Source of the DNA: an uncultured Planctomycetia bacterium
GTDB lineage: Bacteria > Omnitrophota > Gorgyraeia > Duberdicusellales > 4484-171
Direction of reading: 5' to 3'
Assembly: GCA_964536865.1 (NCBI GenBank)
Contig: CAZHYN010000001.1
Location: 161,824 to 225,823, forward strand
DNA length: 64,000 nt
Shown here: one piece after another, positions 29,805 through 39,121 of the stretch
Numbering within the stretch: the first letter of the stretch is position 1
Layout of the letters: every line of letters starts with the position of its first letter
Program-made: the position numbers and the translations under genes
The notes under the pieces: model-generated
What the model was told of the DNA's origin: nothing
Database searches by the model: none
The model's input: only the letters and a program-made list of their open reading frames with translations

Positions 29805-31130
29805 ATGTCCACCTACAAAGAAATAGAAAGTTATCTCGATACATTTATTAACTATGAGAAGAAGATTTTTTTCTCTTATCGAAAGTCTTTAAAACTAGGA
29901 AGAGTAAGACACCTTCTCGAGGTCTTAAGAATTCCCTATCAGGAACTAGATGTAATACATATTGCTGGAACTAAAGGCAAAGGTTCAGTAGCTACTTTTT
30001 TAGCTTACCTCTTAGCTTCTTCTCGTTACAAGATAGGACTGTATACTTCTCCCCATTTTTATAATTTTAGAGAGAGAATAAAGATAGTAGAAAAGATAAA
30101 CTCTCAAATTAAGGAAACTCTTATTTCTAAAAGAGGAGTAGTAACTATTGTAGAGAAGTTTAAACCTTATCTAGAAATTTTGCGTTATAACCCTCAATGG
30201 GGTAAACTTACCTTCTTTGAGGTTTACACTGCTTTAGCTTTCTATTTTTTTTGTCAGCAAAATTTAGATTTCACAATTTTAGAAGTAGGATTGGGAGGTA
30301 GATTAGATGCTACTAATATAGTAACCCCTTTGGTCTCAGTAATTACTCATATTGGTTATGATCATACGCAAAAGTTAGGCAAGAGATTAAAAGATATCGC
30401 TTACGAGAAAGCAGGAATAATAAAAGAGGGTATACCCGTAGTAAGTTCTTGGCAGCGTCCTACAGTTTTAGAGGTAATCAAGAGGAGAGCAAAAACTTTA
30501 AATGCCCCTCTTTATATTCTAGGAAAAGATTTTGAGTTTAATAGGGTGAGAGTAAAGTCAAACTATACCCTTTTTGATTTTTGGTTTAATAAAACAAAGA
30601 TTTCTAACCTTAAGATAGCTCTTAAAGGTTTACATCAGGTAGAAAATGCTTCTCTAGCTTTAGCAACACTTTTGCTCCTCTTGGAGAAAAAAGAAGTAAA
30701 ATACTTAACAATTAAAGAAGCGTTATCAACTACTTTTCTTGAAGGTAGATTTGAGAGAATAAAAATGCAACCTCTTATAATTTTAGATATTGCTCATAAT
30801 CCTTCCTCTTTTGCTGCCTTGGCTTCCACTCTAGAAAAATATTTTCCCACCAGAGAGATTATTTTAATTTTTGCTGTCTCTAAAGACAAAGATGTTAAAA
30901 ATATGCTAAACAAGATAAAGTTCAAAAAGATAATTCTTACTACCTTCTCTAATCCTCGTAGCCTTCATCCTGACAAGATCGCAAGATTAGCATGCTTAAA
31001 AGAACCTATTTTAACTAGTAAGCCAAGAGAGGCTTTAAAAGTAGCGTTAAGGTTGTACAATAGAGATTCCTTGATTTTAGTTAGTGGTTCCTTATTTCTA
31101 GTAGCGGAGGTAAAAAAGTTGCTATTATGA
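29805..31130 (+). CDS. folC: Folylpolyglutamate synthase / dihydrofolate synthase (Mur ligase family)
   Basis: P-loop HIAGTKGKGS; Mur ligase middle and C-terminal domains. Confidence 0.85.
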   Translation: MSTYKEIESYLDTFINYEKKIFFSYRKSLKLGRVRHLLEVLRIPYQELDVIHIAGTKGKGSVATFLAYLLASSRYKIGLYTSPHFYNFRERIKIVEKINSQIKETLISKRGVVTIVEKFKPYLEILRYNPQWGKLTFFEVYTALAFYFFCQQNLDFTILEVGLGGRLDATNIVTPLVSVITHIGYDHTQKLGKRLKDIAYEKAGIIKEGIPVVSSWQRPTVLEVIKRRAKTLNAPLYILGKDFEFNRVRVKSNYTLFDFWFNKTKISNLKIALKGLHQVENASLALATLLLLLEKKEVKYLTIKEALSTTFLEGRFERIKMQPLIILDIAHNPSSFAALASTLEKYFPTREIILIFAVSKDKDVKNMLNKIKFKKIILTTFSNPRSLHPDKIARLACLKEPILTSKPREALKVALRLYNRDSLILVSGSLFLVAEVKKLLL

Positions 31131-32548
31131 GTACCTCTTTTCTTAAAGAATATAGCCTTAACGATACCATCGCTGCTATCGCCACCTACCCTGCTAAGAG
31201 TGCCTTAGGAGTAATTAAGATATCAGGGAAGAAAGCTTTAGAGATTCTTTCTAAGATATTTATCTCCAAGGGAAGAAAAGACATAAAGAAGTTACCTACC
31301 TATACTCTTCATTACGGATGGGTTATAGAAAAGAAGTCTCACTCAGAGAAGGGTGAAAGGGAAGAAGTTTTAGATGAGGTACTAGTAAGTGTAATGAGAG
31401 CTCCTTGCTCCTATACTAGAGAAGATGTGGTGGAAATTTCCTCTCATGGAGGGATCCTTGTTTTGAATAGAATCTTAGAGTTAGTGTTGAAGAAGGGAGC
31501 AAGGCTAGCTAACCCTGGAGAGTTTAGTTATCGGGCATTTATAAATGGGAGGATAGACTTAGTTCAGGCTCAAAGTATTTTAGATATTGTAGAAGCAAAA
31601 ACAGAGCAGGGGCTTTTAGCTGCTACCACTCATTTGAAAGGGAAAATTTCTAAGAAGATAGAAGAAATTGAGGAGAAGTTAAGAAATATCTTTTCCCAGA
31701 TAGAAGCTTCTATTCAATTTCCTGAAGAAGAAGTAAATATCTCTTTTGAGGAGATAAAAAGAGATGTTAGAAGGTTGAAAAAAGAGTTAGAAGAGCTAGT
31801 TAAAGCTTCCCGAGAAGGCCAGCTCATAAAAGAGGGGGTAAAGTGTGTAATATGTGGGAGAGCAAACGTAGGTAAGTCTACTCTTTTTAATCGTCTTCTT
31901 CAAGAAGAAAGGGTTATCGTAACTGAAGTTCCTGGGACTACTAGAGACGTAATTGAGGAGAATATAAACATAAAAGGTATTCCTTTAAGAATAGCTGATA
32001 CTGCAGGAATACTGGAACCTAAGGACTTGATAGATAAAGTAGCGTTAGAGAAGAGTTTGAAAAAGATTGCAGAAGCAGATTTAGTTTTATTTCTCTTAGA
32101 TTACTCTCAACCCTTAAGTAGAGAAGACTATCTCCTCTTAGATAAAATAAAAGATAAAAACGTTATTCTTGTAATCAATAAGATAGATTTAAAAAAAGGT
32201 TTAGATTTAAATGAGGTTAGAAAGTTTAACAAACCTAGGGTTAAATTGAGTGCTTTGAGAGGAGAGGGATTTTCTAATTTAGAGAAGGTAATCTTTAAGA
32301 ACCTACTGGGGAGGACAACTTTAAGGGGTTATGATTTAGTATTCTTAGCTCATAGACAGAAGGAGTTGCTTTCTCAGGCTTTTTCTAGCTTATCTCAAGG
32401 TATAGAGTATTGTGAGCAAGGTTACTCTCTAGATATTATAGGGCTTCTGTTAAAAGAAGCTTTAGATAGTCTTGCTAAACTTACTGGTAAGGTGGTAGAG
32501 GAAGAGGTTTTAAAGGAGATATTTTCTCGTTTCTGTATTGGTAAGTAA
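31127..32548 (+). CDS. mnmE: tRNA uridine-5-carboxymethylaminomethyl modification GTPase MnmE (TrmE)
   Basis: G domain (GRANVGKSTLFN, DTAG, NKID) and the C-terminal CIGK motif. Confidence 0.92.
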   Translation: MSTSFLKEYSLNDTIAAIATYPAKSALGVIKISGKKALEILSKIFISKGRKDIKKLPTYTLHYGWVIEKKSHSEKGEREEVLDEVLVSVMRAPCSYTREDVVEISSHGGILVLNRILELVLKKGARLANPGEFSYRAFINGRIDLVQAQSILDIVEAKTEQGLLAATTHLKGKISKKIEEIEEKLRNIFSQIEASIQFPEEEVNISFEEIKRDVRRLKKELEELVKASREGQLIKEGVKCVICGRANVGKSTLFNRLLQEERVIVTEVPGTTRDVIEENINIKGIPLRIADTAGILEPKDLIDKVALEKSLKKIAEADLVLFLLDYSQPLSREDYLLLDKIKDKNVILVINKIDLKKGLDLNEVRKFNKPRVKLSALRGEGFSNLEKVIFKNLLGRTTLRGYDLVFLAHRQKELLSQAFSSLSQGIEYCEQGYSLDIIGLLLKEALDSLAKLTGKVVEEEVLKEIFSRFCIGK

Positions 32549-32559
32549 CCAGGAAAGGA

Positions 32560-33123
32560 GTGGAGATGGATAGAAAAAAGATTGAGAAGGCAGTTAAGAT
32601 GATTATAGAGGCAGTAGGAGCTAACCTCAATAAGAAGGACTTGCTTGCTACTCCCCGTAGAGTAGCTCAGATGTATGAGGAGATACTAAAGGGAGAAAAG
32701 AGATCGCCCGAGAAAGAGCTGGATGTAATTTTAGAGCAGAAACACGATGAGATAATTCTTCTAAAAGACATACCTTTATATTCTCTCTGTGAGCATCATC
32801 TCCTTCCCTTTGCAGGAAAGGTTCATATTGCTTATATTCCCGACAAGCGGATTACAGGGCTAAGTAAAATAGTTAGAGTAGTGGAGATCTTATCCTCTAG
32901 ACTTCAAGTTCAAGAGAGGTTAACTACCCAGATTGCTGATGTGATTATGAAGAAATTGAAACCAAAGGGAGTAATGGTGGTAATTGAGGCAGAACATCTA
33001 TGTATGTCTATGCGGGGAGTTAAAAAACCTGGTGTTAAAGCGGTAACTAGTGTAGTAAGAGGAATTTTTCGTAAAAATCAGAAAACCCGTCAGGAAGGTT
33101 TAAGTCTAATATTTTCTAAGTAA
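32560..33123 (+). CDS. folE: GTP cyclohydrolase I
   Basis: SLCEHHLLPF catalytic motif; 187 aa. Confidence 0.92.
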   Translation: MEMDRKKIEKAVKMIIEAVGANLNKKDLLATPRRVAQMYEEILKGEKRSPEKELDVILEQKHDEIILLKDIPLYSLCEHHLLPFAGKVHIAYIPDKRITGLSKIVRVVEILSSRLQVQERLTTQIADVIMKKLKPKGVMVVIEAEHLCMSMRGVKKPGVKAVTSVVRGIFRKNQKTRQEGLSLIFSK

Positions 33124-33124
33124 C

Positions 33125-33661
33125 TCACTCTTTAGTTTCTTCTTTCTGAGAGATTTCCTTTTTCTCTTCTGATGAAACCTGCTGTTCAATCTTCCTTACA
33201 TGCTCTATTTCTTCTACAGAGAGTATAGCAGCTAAGTCAATAAGAATTAGTAACCGATCTTCAAGCTTACCTACGCCTGTGATATACCTTTGACTAATTT
33301 CTGACTCTATAATTTGAGGAGTTTTTTCTACTTTACTAGTAGGGATACGTAATACTTCGCTTACTTCATCTACAATCATTCCCACAACGTTATCTTCTAA
33401 CTCTACTACTACAATCCTTGTTTTTTCGGAACGAGGCTTAGAAGGAACATCTAATCTTTTTGCTAAGTCCATTACTGCGAGGATTTGACCTCTTAAGTTC
33501 ACTACCCCCTCAATGAACTCAGGAGCTCTAGGTATAGGGGTAATGGGTACCAACCTTACAATTTCTCTTACCTGATGGATATTAACTCCGAATTCTTCCT
33601 CTCCTAATCTAAATACTACCAACTGTACTTCTTCCTGTTTTTCCATTCTAACATCAGGCAT
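33125..33661 (-). CDS. cheW: Chemotaxis coupling protein CheW (orphan; no che operon in the window)
   Basis: CheW domain (LVVFRLGEEEFGVNIHQVREIV...). Confidence 0.85.
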   Translation of the reverse strand: MPDVRMEKQEEVQLVVFRLGEEEFGVNIHQVREIVRLVPITPIPRAPEFIEGVVNLRGQILAVMDLAKRLDVPSKPRSEKTRIVVVELEDNVVGMIVDEVSEVLRIPTSKVEKTPQIIESEISQRYITGVGKLEDRLLILIDLAAILSVEEIEHVRKIEQQVSSEEKKEISQKEETKE

Positions 33662-34179
33662 AATCCATTCCTCCTTCTTACCTAAATTATATCGATATTG
33701 AATTTTTCACAGACCTTACATTAAATTTATAATACCTCTGTATTGAAAAGTCAAGAATTTATTTCCTACTGGAGTTTTCCCAAAATTTTTAAGTCAGTAA
33801 GGGGAAGAGGGAAAGCTATTTTTCGTTACCTTACGATTTTCTTTTCTTCCAGGGCTATCTCTATTTTGTATTAAACAGAATTCTGAATATCCCTCAGGCT
33901 AAGCAATAATATTTGAAAAGTGGTCTCTGAAAGAATCTTTTTGTTTTCTCATAACTCTTTTTAAGAAGAATGTTAAATTTCATTTTTCTTTCCAAATGTA
34001 CACTGAATTTCTCAGTTGGTAAGTAAGATAATAAGTGAGATAGATAAATCTGTGAATTTAGTAGTTAGTGAAAGACAGCAAGCGGGGGAGGGAAGATAGA
34101 TTGTGGAAACTACTCTTTTCTCTCAATTAAACTTTTTCCTCCTTCTTTTCGTCTAAATTAATGGAAGAAGGAGGTAGAT

Positions 34180-34869
34180 ATGAATAAAGTAAAGATATTA
34201 ACCTTAGCGATAACAGCTAATTTGTTATTCTTTGGGACTAGTTTAGCTCAGTCTTCTCAAGAAATTTCTTCTCCTCCAGAGGTAGATTTGAAATCATTTC
34301 CTGAGGAAGGCCATCTCTATCTTGATTCTAAAGAAGTAACTTCCGATGTTATCTTTGAAAGCTTACCTAAAGATGATAAAGAGGCTCTTTTGTCTCTTAA
34401 GAAGAAAGATCCTGATGAGTTTGGTAAGGTTATAAAGGAGAAATTGAAAAAGCAGAAAGAGTATTTAAAGAGATTAAGGAGGGAAGATCCAGAAAAGTTC
34501 AATGAGATAGTTAGGAAAGCAAGGAAGAAAATTAGGAAAAGACTTCAACGACTGAGAGAGGCCAACCCGGAGAAATTTAGAGAACTGATGAGAAAAAGAG
34601 CATTTATAAGAAGAAAAAGGTTAAGAGAATTATGTAGGGAGAATCCTGAGAAATGTAAAGAAGTAATAGCGAGAAGGAGAGAGGTTCTCAGGAAGAGACT
34701 TCAGGAGCTTAAACAAGAAGATCCTCAAAGATATGAGAAGATGAAGGATAGATTGAAGAAGTTAAGAGAGAGAAAAGCTCATTGGGGTTGGGAGAGAGGT
34801 AAACACAAAGGTTGGTTTAATCCTCGTAATCCTAAAAGAGGGAGAGCTCCTCATCACTTTGGAAGATAG
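34180..34869 (+). CDS. Exported, highly basic repeat protein (about 26-aa DPEKF.. repeats) upstream of an ECF sigma factor
   Basis: Signal peptide, then four repeats DPE(K/E)F-x-E-h-hRK-R-x-x-hRKRL-x-x-LRE; no known domain. Confidence 0.5.
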   Translation: MNKVKILTLAITANLLFFGTSLAQSSQEISSPPEVDLKSFPEEGHLYLDSKEVTSDVIFESLPKDDKEALLSLKKKDPDEFGKVIKEKLKKQKEYLKRLRREDPEKFNEIVRKARKKIRKRLQRLREANPEKFRELMRKRAFIRRKRLRELCRENPEKCKEVIARRREVLRKRLQELKQEDPQRYEKMKDRLKKLRERKAHWGWERGKHKGWFNPRNPKRGRAPHHFGR

Positions 34870-34904
34870 GCGATTAATAGCCTGTCTCTTTCATTATCAA
34901 GGAA

Positions 34905-35480
34905 TTGACGCTCTTTGATTCAAGAGATAAAATAGCCGAGATGATACTCTCTAAGGAAGAATTAGTCTCCAACTTAATAGAAAAATTTTTAGAAGGAGAT
35001 AAATCTTGCTTTGTAAAAATTTTAAAACTAATATCTTCGGATGTAATAAACTTAGCTTACTGTTATACTCACAACTTAGAAGATGCTAAGGATATTTTTC
35101 AAGAAGTATCTATTAAAATATTTAAATACCTCAAATTCTTTAAGAAAAAAGCAAAGTTTACTACTTGGGTATATAGAATTGCGGTAAATACCTGTATAGA
35201 TTTTTTAAGGAAAAAGAAAAAGACTATGGTGATGAAAGAAGAGATTATGAAAGATGAAAATTTCTCTCGTGAAGAGTTAGAGAATAGAGAGAGGTTAAAG
35301 ATGATCAGAGAAACTTTAAATAACCTCCCTCCTAAGGCTAAGACTGTATTTATCTTAAGACATTATCAGGGGCTTAAGATTGTAGAGATTAGCAGAATTT
35401 TAGGTTGCTCGGAAAGTAGCGTAAAGACGCACTTAGTCCGAGCGATAGCAATAATTAGAAAAAATTTGGAGGAAAGATGA
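34905..35480 (+). CDS. ECF-type RNA polymerase sigma factor (sigma-70 regions 2 and 4)
   Basis: Region 2 (FQEVSIKIFKYL...WVYRIAVNTCIDFLRKKKK) and region 4 HTH (VFILRHYQGLKIVEISRILGCSESSVKTHLVRAI); the ORF start at TTG 34905 could instead be the ATG at 34941. Confidence 0.8.
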   Translation: MTLFDSRDKIAEMILSKEELVSNLIEKFLEGDKSCFVKILKLISSDVINLAYCYTHNLEDAKDIFQEVSIKIFKYLKFFKKKAKFTTWVYRIAVNTCIDFLRKKKKTMVMKEEIMKDENFSREELENRERLKMIRETLNNLPPKAKTVFILRHYQGLKIVEISRILGCSESSVKTHLVRAIAIIRKNLEER

Positions 35481-36001
35481 AACATTTATCATTAAAAGAT
35501 TTAGCTTCCCTCTGTTATGTCGATTCTGATACTCAAGTCAATTCTAAACTAGTGCATCATCTTAGAGTGTGTCCAAAGTGTTTAAAAGAGTACCAAAAAC
35601 TCAAAACTTTACTCTCTGATTTAACTGTTAAACTGCCGCAGATAAAAGAAGAGGAAGTAGAAAAACTGATAGAGAAAGTTAAAGAGAAAATCCTGGAGCC
35701 TAATTTTTTAGAAAGAGTAAAATATAGATGGGATTACTTAATCGTCCATTTAAGATGGAGGTTAGCTCCCCAACTTTTAATTGCCACTGTAGCTGTTATA
35801 TTAGCTTTGATTATTCTTCCTTGGTGGAGGAGCTACAATATAGATAGAGAGTTTAATATTCTTCGGTTAGAAGCAGAACTTTCCTTAGAGGATTTAAATA
35901 ATATCTCCCCCTTTGATTTCTGGGAGGATACTATAAATTCTGATAATTTTCTACCGTCCACTCCTCAAAACAACTTCGGTCGAGCTCATAAAGAAACATA
36001 G
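35477..36001 (+). CDS. Anti-sigma factor (zf-HC2 type) with a single TM helix
   Basis: HLRVCPKCLKEY zinc-finger motif (HxxxCxxC), TM segment LLIATVAVILALIILPWW; overlaps the sigma gene stop. Confidence 0.65.
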   Translation: MKHLSLKDLASLCYVDSDTQVNSKLVHHLRVCPKCLKEYQKLKTLLSDLTVKLPQIKEEEVEKLIEKVKEKILEPNFLERVKYRWDYLIVHLRWRLAPQLLIATVAVILALIILPWWRSYNIDREFNILRLEAELSLEDLNNISPFDFWEDTINSDNFLPSTPQNNFGRAHKET

Positions 36002-37886
36002 AGGCTCTAGAGATTATTAAGCCATTTTTTAGAGTGTAGCGATGCTGAGGATAAACAATATAAAGTTCTTCTTTACTCCGCGTAGTAGCTACATAAAAAA
36101 GTCTTCTTTCTTCCTCTAAAGCCTCAGAGTTATTTAAAGCTTTAGGATGTGGAAACTCATAGTCACAGAATCCAATTATAAATACTATTTCCCACTCTAA
36201 TCCCTTGGCTTGATGAATGGTAGAGAGGATCAATAAATCTTCTTTACTGTAACCAGAAAGGAGAGTTTCTCCCTTAAACTCTTCATAAGAGCTTACTTCA
36301 TATAAAAATCTTCTTATAGTGGGATAGTTTTTTGCCATCTTAGCTAATTCTTCTAAATCTAAAATTCTATCCTCAGGATTATCAAAGGAGAGGTAACAGT
36401 AATCTTTATAACTCGATATAATTTCCCTTATAGCTTTTTCGCATCCTGAAGTCTTCTTTATTTTCCTGATTAAGTTCATAAATTCTTTGAATCCTTCCTT
36501 CTGTCTAGCAGGTAGTTTTTTATAGATTTTTTCTATATCCATTCTTTCAGTAATAAGATCTTTCCATATTTTATTAGCAAATCCTCTCCCAATTCCTTTA
36601 TGGAGAGATACTGCCCTTTTAAAAGAGAGTTCATCTTTAGGATTAGCTACAAACTTTAGGTAAGAGAGGATATCCTTTATATGAGCTTGCTCAAAGAATC
36701 TTAATCCCCCTCTTACTAAATAGGGGATATTTCTTTTCATCAGCTCCACTTCTAATTCCAATGCTTGATACCGAGATCTAAAGAGAACCGCTATTTCCTT
36801 TAGAGGAATTCCTTCTCCTACTATTTCTAAAATTCTTTGTGAGACAAAACGGGCCTGCATGTATACATCTTCAGTTTTCACTACAACAGGAATCTTGCCT
36901 TTACTTTTGATTGCTCTTAATTGCTTGGGAAATTGATTGATATTATGTTTTATAATATTGTTAGCTAAGTTGAGGATGGGAGGGCGAGAGCGATAGTTTA
37001 TCTCCAATTTGAATATTTTAGTTCCTTTAAAGGTAGTGGGAAAATCTAGAAGATTGTTTATTTCCGCTCCTCGAAAGGAGTATATCGATTGAGCATCATC
37101 CCCTACTACCAGTATATTTCTATGGTGGCTAGAGATCTTTTCTAGAATTTTAAATTGAATGCGATTGGTATCCTGATACTCATCCACAAGAATATATTGA
37201 AATATTCGAGAGTATCTGTTTCTTATTTCTTCTATTTTTAAAAGGTTTAACCAATTAAGAAGCAGGTCATCGAAGTCCATAATATTTGCTTCTTTCTTTT
37301 TCCTGTTATAGAAGTCCAAGAGTCTCTTTATCTGAGGAATAAACTCTTCAATATGAGGATAGAAATTTAACACGATTTCCTCTATTTCTTTTAAGGAGTT
37401 AACCGCTAAGGACCAGATATGAGAAATGATATCCTTTTTAGGAAAAAGTTTTTTCTCTGATAATTTTAATTCTTCGATACAATCATCAATTAGATCTTTG
37501 GAATCTTCCTTGTCAATGATAGTGAAGTTAGATGAATAGCCTAAGTTGGAAGCCTCTTTCCTTAAAATAATATTTCCTATATGATGGAAAGTGCCTGCCC
37601 ACAGATTAGTTAGATTTCTCTTCAAGAGGCTCTCAGCTCTATGAATCATTTCTGCTGCCGCTTTGTTGGTGAAGGTTACTAAGAGGATATTTCTAGGGTT
37701 TATACCTTTCTCTAAGAGGTAGGCTAACCTGTAGATTAAGACTCTGGTTTTACCACTCCCTGCACCAGCCAGTACCAAAGAGGGACCATCTGCCTTTTCT
37801 ACAACTTCAAGTTGTTGAGGATTTAAATTTTCTTTATAGTTAATAATATTTTTTGCATTGAAAGATTTCAGTCTATATCTTTTCAC
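35931..37886 (-). CDS. UvrD/Rep/PcrA-family ATP-dependent DNA helicase
   Basis: Walker A AGAGSGKT, helicase motifs (TFTNKAA, VDEYQDTN, C-terminal VATTRSK). Confidence 0.85.
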   Translation of the reverse strand: MKRYRLKSFNAKNIINYKENLNPQQLEVVEKADGPSLVLAGAGSGKTRVLIYRLAYLLEKGINPRNILLVTFTNKAAAEMIHRAESLLKRNLTNLWAGTFHHIGNIILRKEASNLGYSSNFTIIDKEDSKDLIDDCIEELKLSEKKLFPKKDIISHIWSLAVNSLKEIEEIVLNFYPHIEEFIPQIKRLLDFYNRKKKEANIMDFDDLLLNWLNLLKIEEIRNRYSRIFQYILVDEYQDTNRIQFKILEKISSHHRNILVVGDDAQSIYSFRGAEINNLLDFPTTFKGTKIFKLEINYRSRPPILNLANNIIKHNINQFPKQLRAIKSKGKIPVVVKTEDVYMQARFVSQRILEIVGEGIPLKEIAVLFRSRYQALELEVELMKRNIPYLVRGGLRFFEQAHIKDILSYLKFVANPKDELSFKRAVSLHKGIGRGFANKIWKDLITERMDIEKIYKKLPARQKEGFKEFMNLIRKIKKTSGCEKAIREIISSYKDYCYLSFDNPEDRILDLEELAKMAKNYPTIRRFLYEVSSYEEFKGETLLSGYSKEDLLILSTIHQAKGLEWEIVFIIGFCDYEFPHPKALNNSEALEEERRLFYVATTRSKEELYIVYPQHRYTLKNGLIISRASMFLYELDRSCFEEWTVENYQNL

Positions 37887-38619
37887 TTTTTAGTAACTCC
37901 TTGAGTTGTAATGCATTTTTTATCGCAAAGCCGTATGCATCGTTGTTAAAGAAAACGAATACTTTCTTTATTTTAAATAGATATTTTTTTATTTTTCTTA
38001 CCCACTCCTTTAACTCGAGAAGTGAGTATTCCGAACCATAGAGAACTTTTCCCCCATGGAACCTCAAATATAAAAAATCCGAAGTTATAATTTCTTTAAG
38101 AGGATAGTTAGGGGAATCAGGGAAACAAAGATTAAAATTATTCTCTTTAAGGATTTTATAGGTTAGATTATTGAACCAAGTTTTATTCCTAAACTCAAAG
38201 CTGTGTAGACACCAGCTGTAATTTTCTCTAAGAATATTAGCAAATTTTTCTAAGCGCCCGCAGTCAAACTTCAAAGATGGAGGGAGTTGCCACAGCACAC
38301 ATATTAACTTTTCTTTTAAGAGGGAAGCACTATCAAAGAAAACTTTAAGAGGATGCTGGCAATCCGATAATCTTTTTATGTGAGTTATAAACCTCGATCC
38401 TTTAAGTACAAACTTAAAATTATGAGGAGTTTTTCTATACCAGGCCTGAAACGTTCTCTTTTGAGGAAGACGATAGAAAGTTACATTTAACTCCACACTA
38501 TTAAAGTATCGAACATAGAACTCCAGCCACTCTTTAGGATTAAGGTTGGCAGGGTAGAATACTTCTCGCCAGTGTGGATAGTTATATCCACTCGTGCCTA
38601 CAAATATTTGTTTTTTCAT
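37873..38619 (-). CDS. DUF72 (YecE-like) family protein
   Basis: GTSGYNYPHWREVFYP N-terminal signature of DUF72; 14-nt overlap with the downstream helicase gene. Confidence 0.8.
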   Translation of the reverse strand: MKKQIFVGTSGYNYPHWREVFYPANLNPKEWLEFYVRYFNSVELNVTFYRLPQKRTFQAWYRKTPHNFKFVLKGSRFITHIKRLSDCQHPLKVFFDSASLLKEKLICVLWQLPPSLKFDCGRLEKFANILRENYSWCLHSFEFRNKTWFNNLTYKILKENNFNLCFPDSPNYPLKEIITSDFLYLRFHGGKVLYGSEYSLLELKEWVRKIKKYLFKIKKVFVFFNNDAYGFAIKNALQLKELLKSEKI

Positions 38620-38677
38620 CTTTGCTATTTTACCATAGGTATATTTGTTTTAAAAGGAGGGGGTAAATTTCTAGTTT

Positions 38678-39067
38678 TTAAGTGTCAATACACTTAATGA
38701 GAGATTGTATAGCTTTTTTATCTTCCTTCTTTATTTGCCAAAATTTTATACCTACTTCAAATAAAGAATTATTTTTATAAAGTAGTTCTTTTTGTTCTAC
38801 CCATACCACTTTACCCTTACAAATGATGGGATGATTTTTTACTGCATAAATCTCTAGGTTCACAAGAGAATGGTTTGTTAGTTTCTTATGAATGACTACT
38901 CTCACTCCTCCCGCACCAATATCTTCAGTATACCCATAGATTAGTGTTTTAGAAGCAGTTATAGTAATTTGACAGGGAAGTTTTATCCTTGCGAATTGTC
39001 TTTTTTCTCCTTTTAGAGTGTTCATATACTCATTTAAAATATAACATATAAACCGTTCTGTTTTCAA
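38678..39067 (-). CDS. PilZ-domain (c-di-GMP-binding) protein
   Basis: RxxxR (RQFAR) and D/NxSxGG (DIGAGGVRV) PilZ motifs. Confidence 0.65.
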   Translation of the reverse strand: MKTERFICYILNEYMNTLKGEKRQFARIKLPCQITITASKTLIYGYTEDIGAGGVRVVIHKKLTNHSLVNLEIYAVKNHPIICKGKVVWVEQKELLYKNNSLFEVGIKFWQIKKEDKKAIQSLIKCIDT

Positions 39068-39121
39068 ATCACCCCAAAAATTTTATTTTGATGAGGAAAT
39101 AAGTTCTGATAAAATTGAAAT

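Noticed and set aside
34100-34160. ECF-type promoter (GGAAC…CGTCT) upstream of the repeat-protein gene
   Set aside because: GGAAAC and CGTCTA are both present but about 38 nt apart. That is far outside the 16–17 nt spacing required for ECF sigma promoters.
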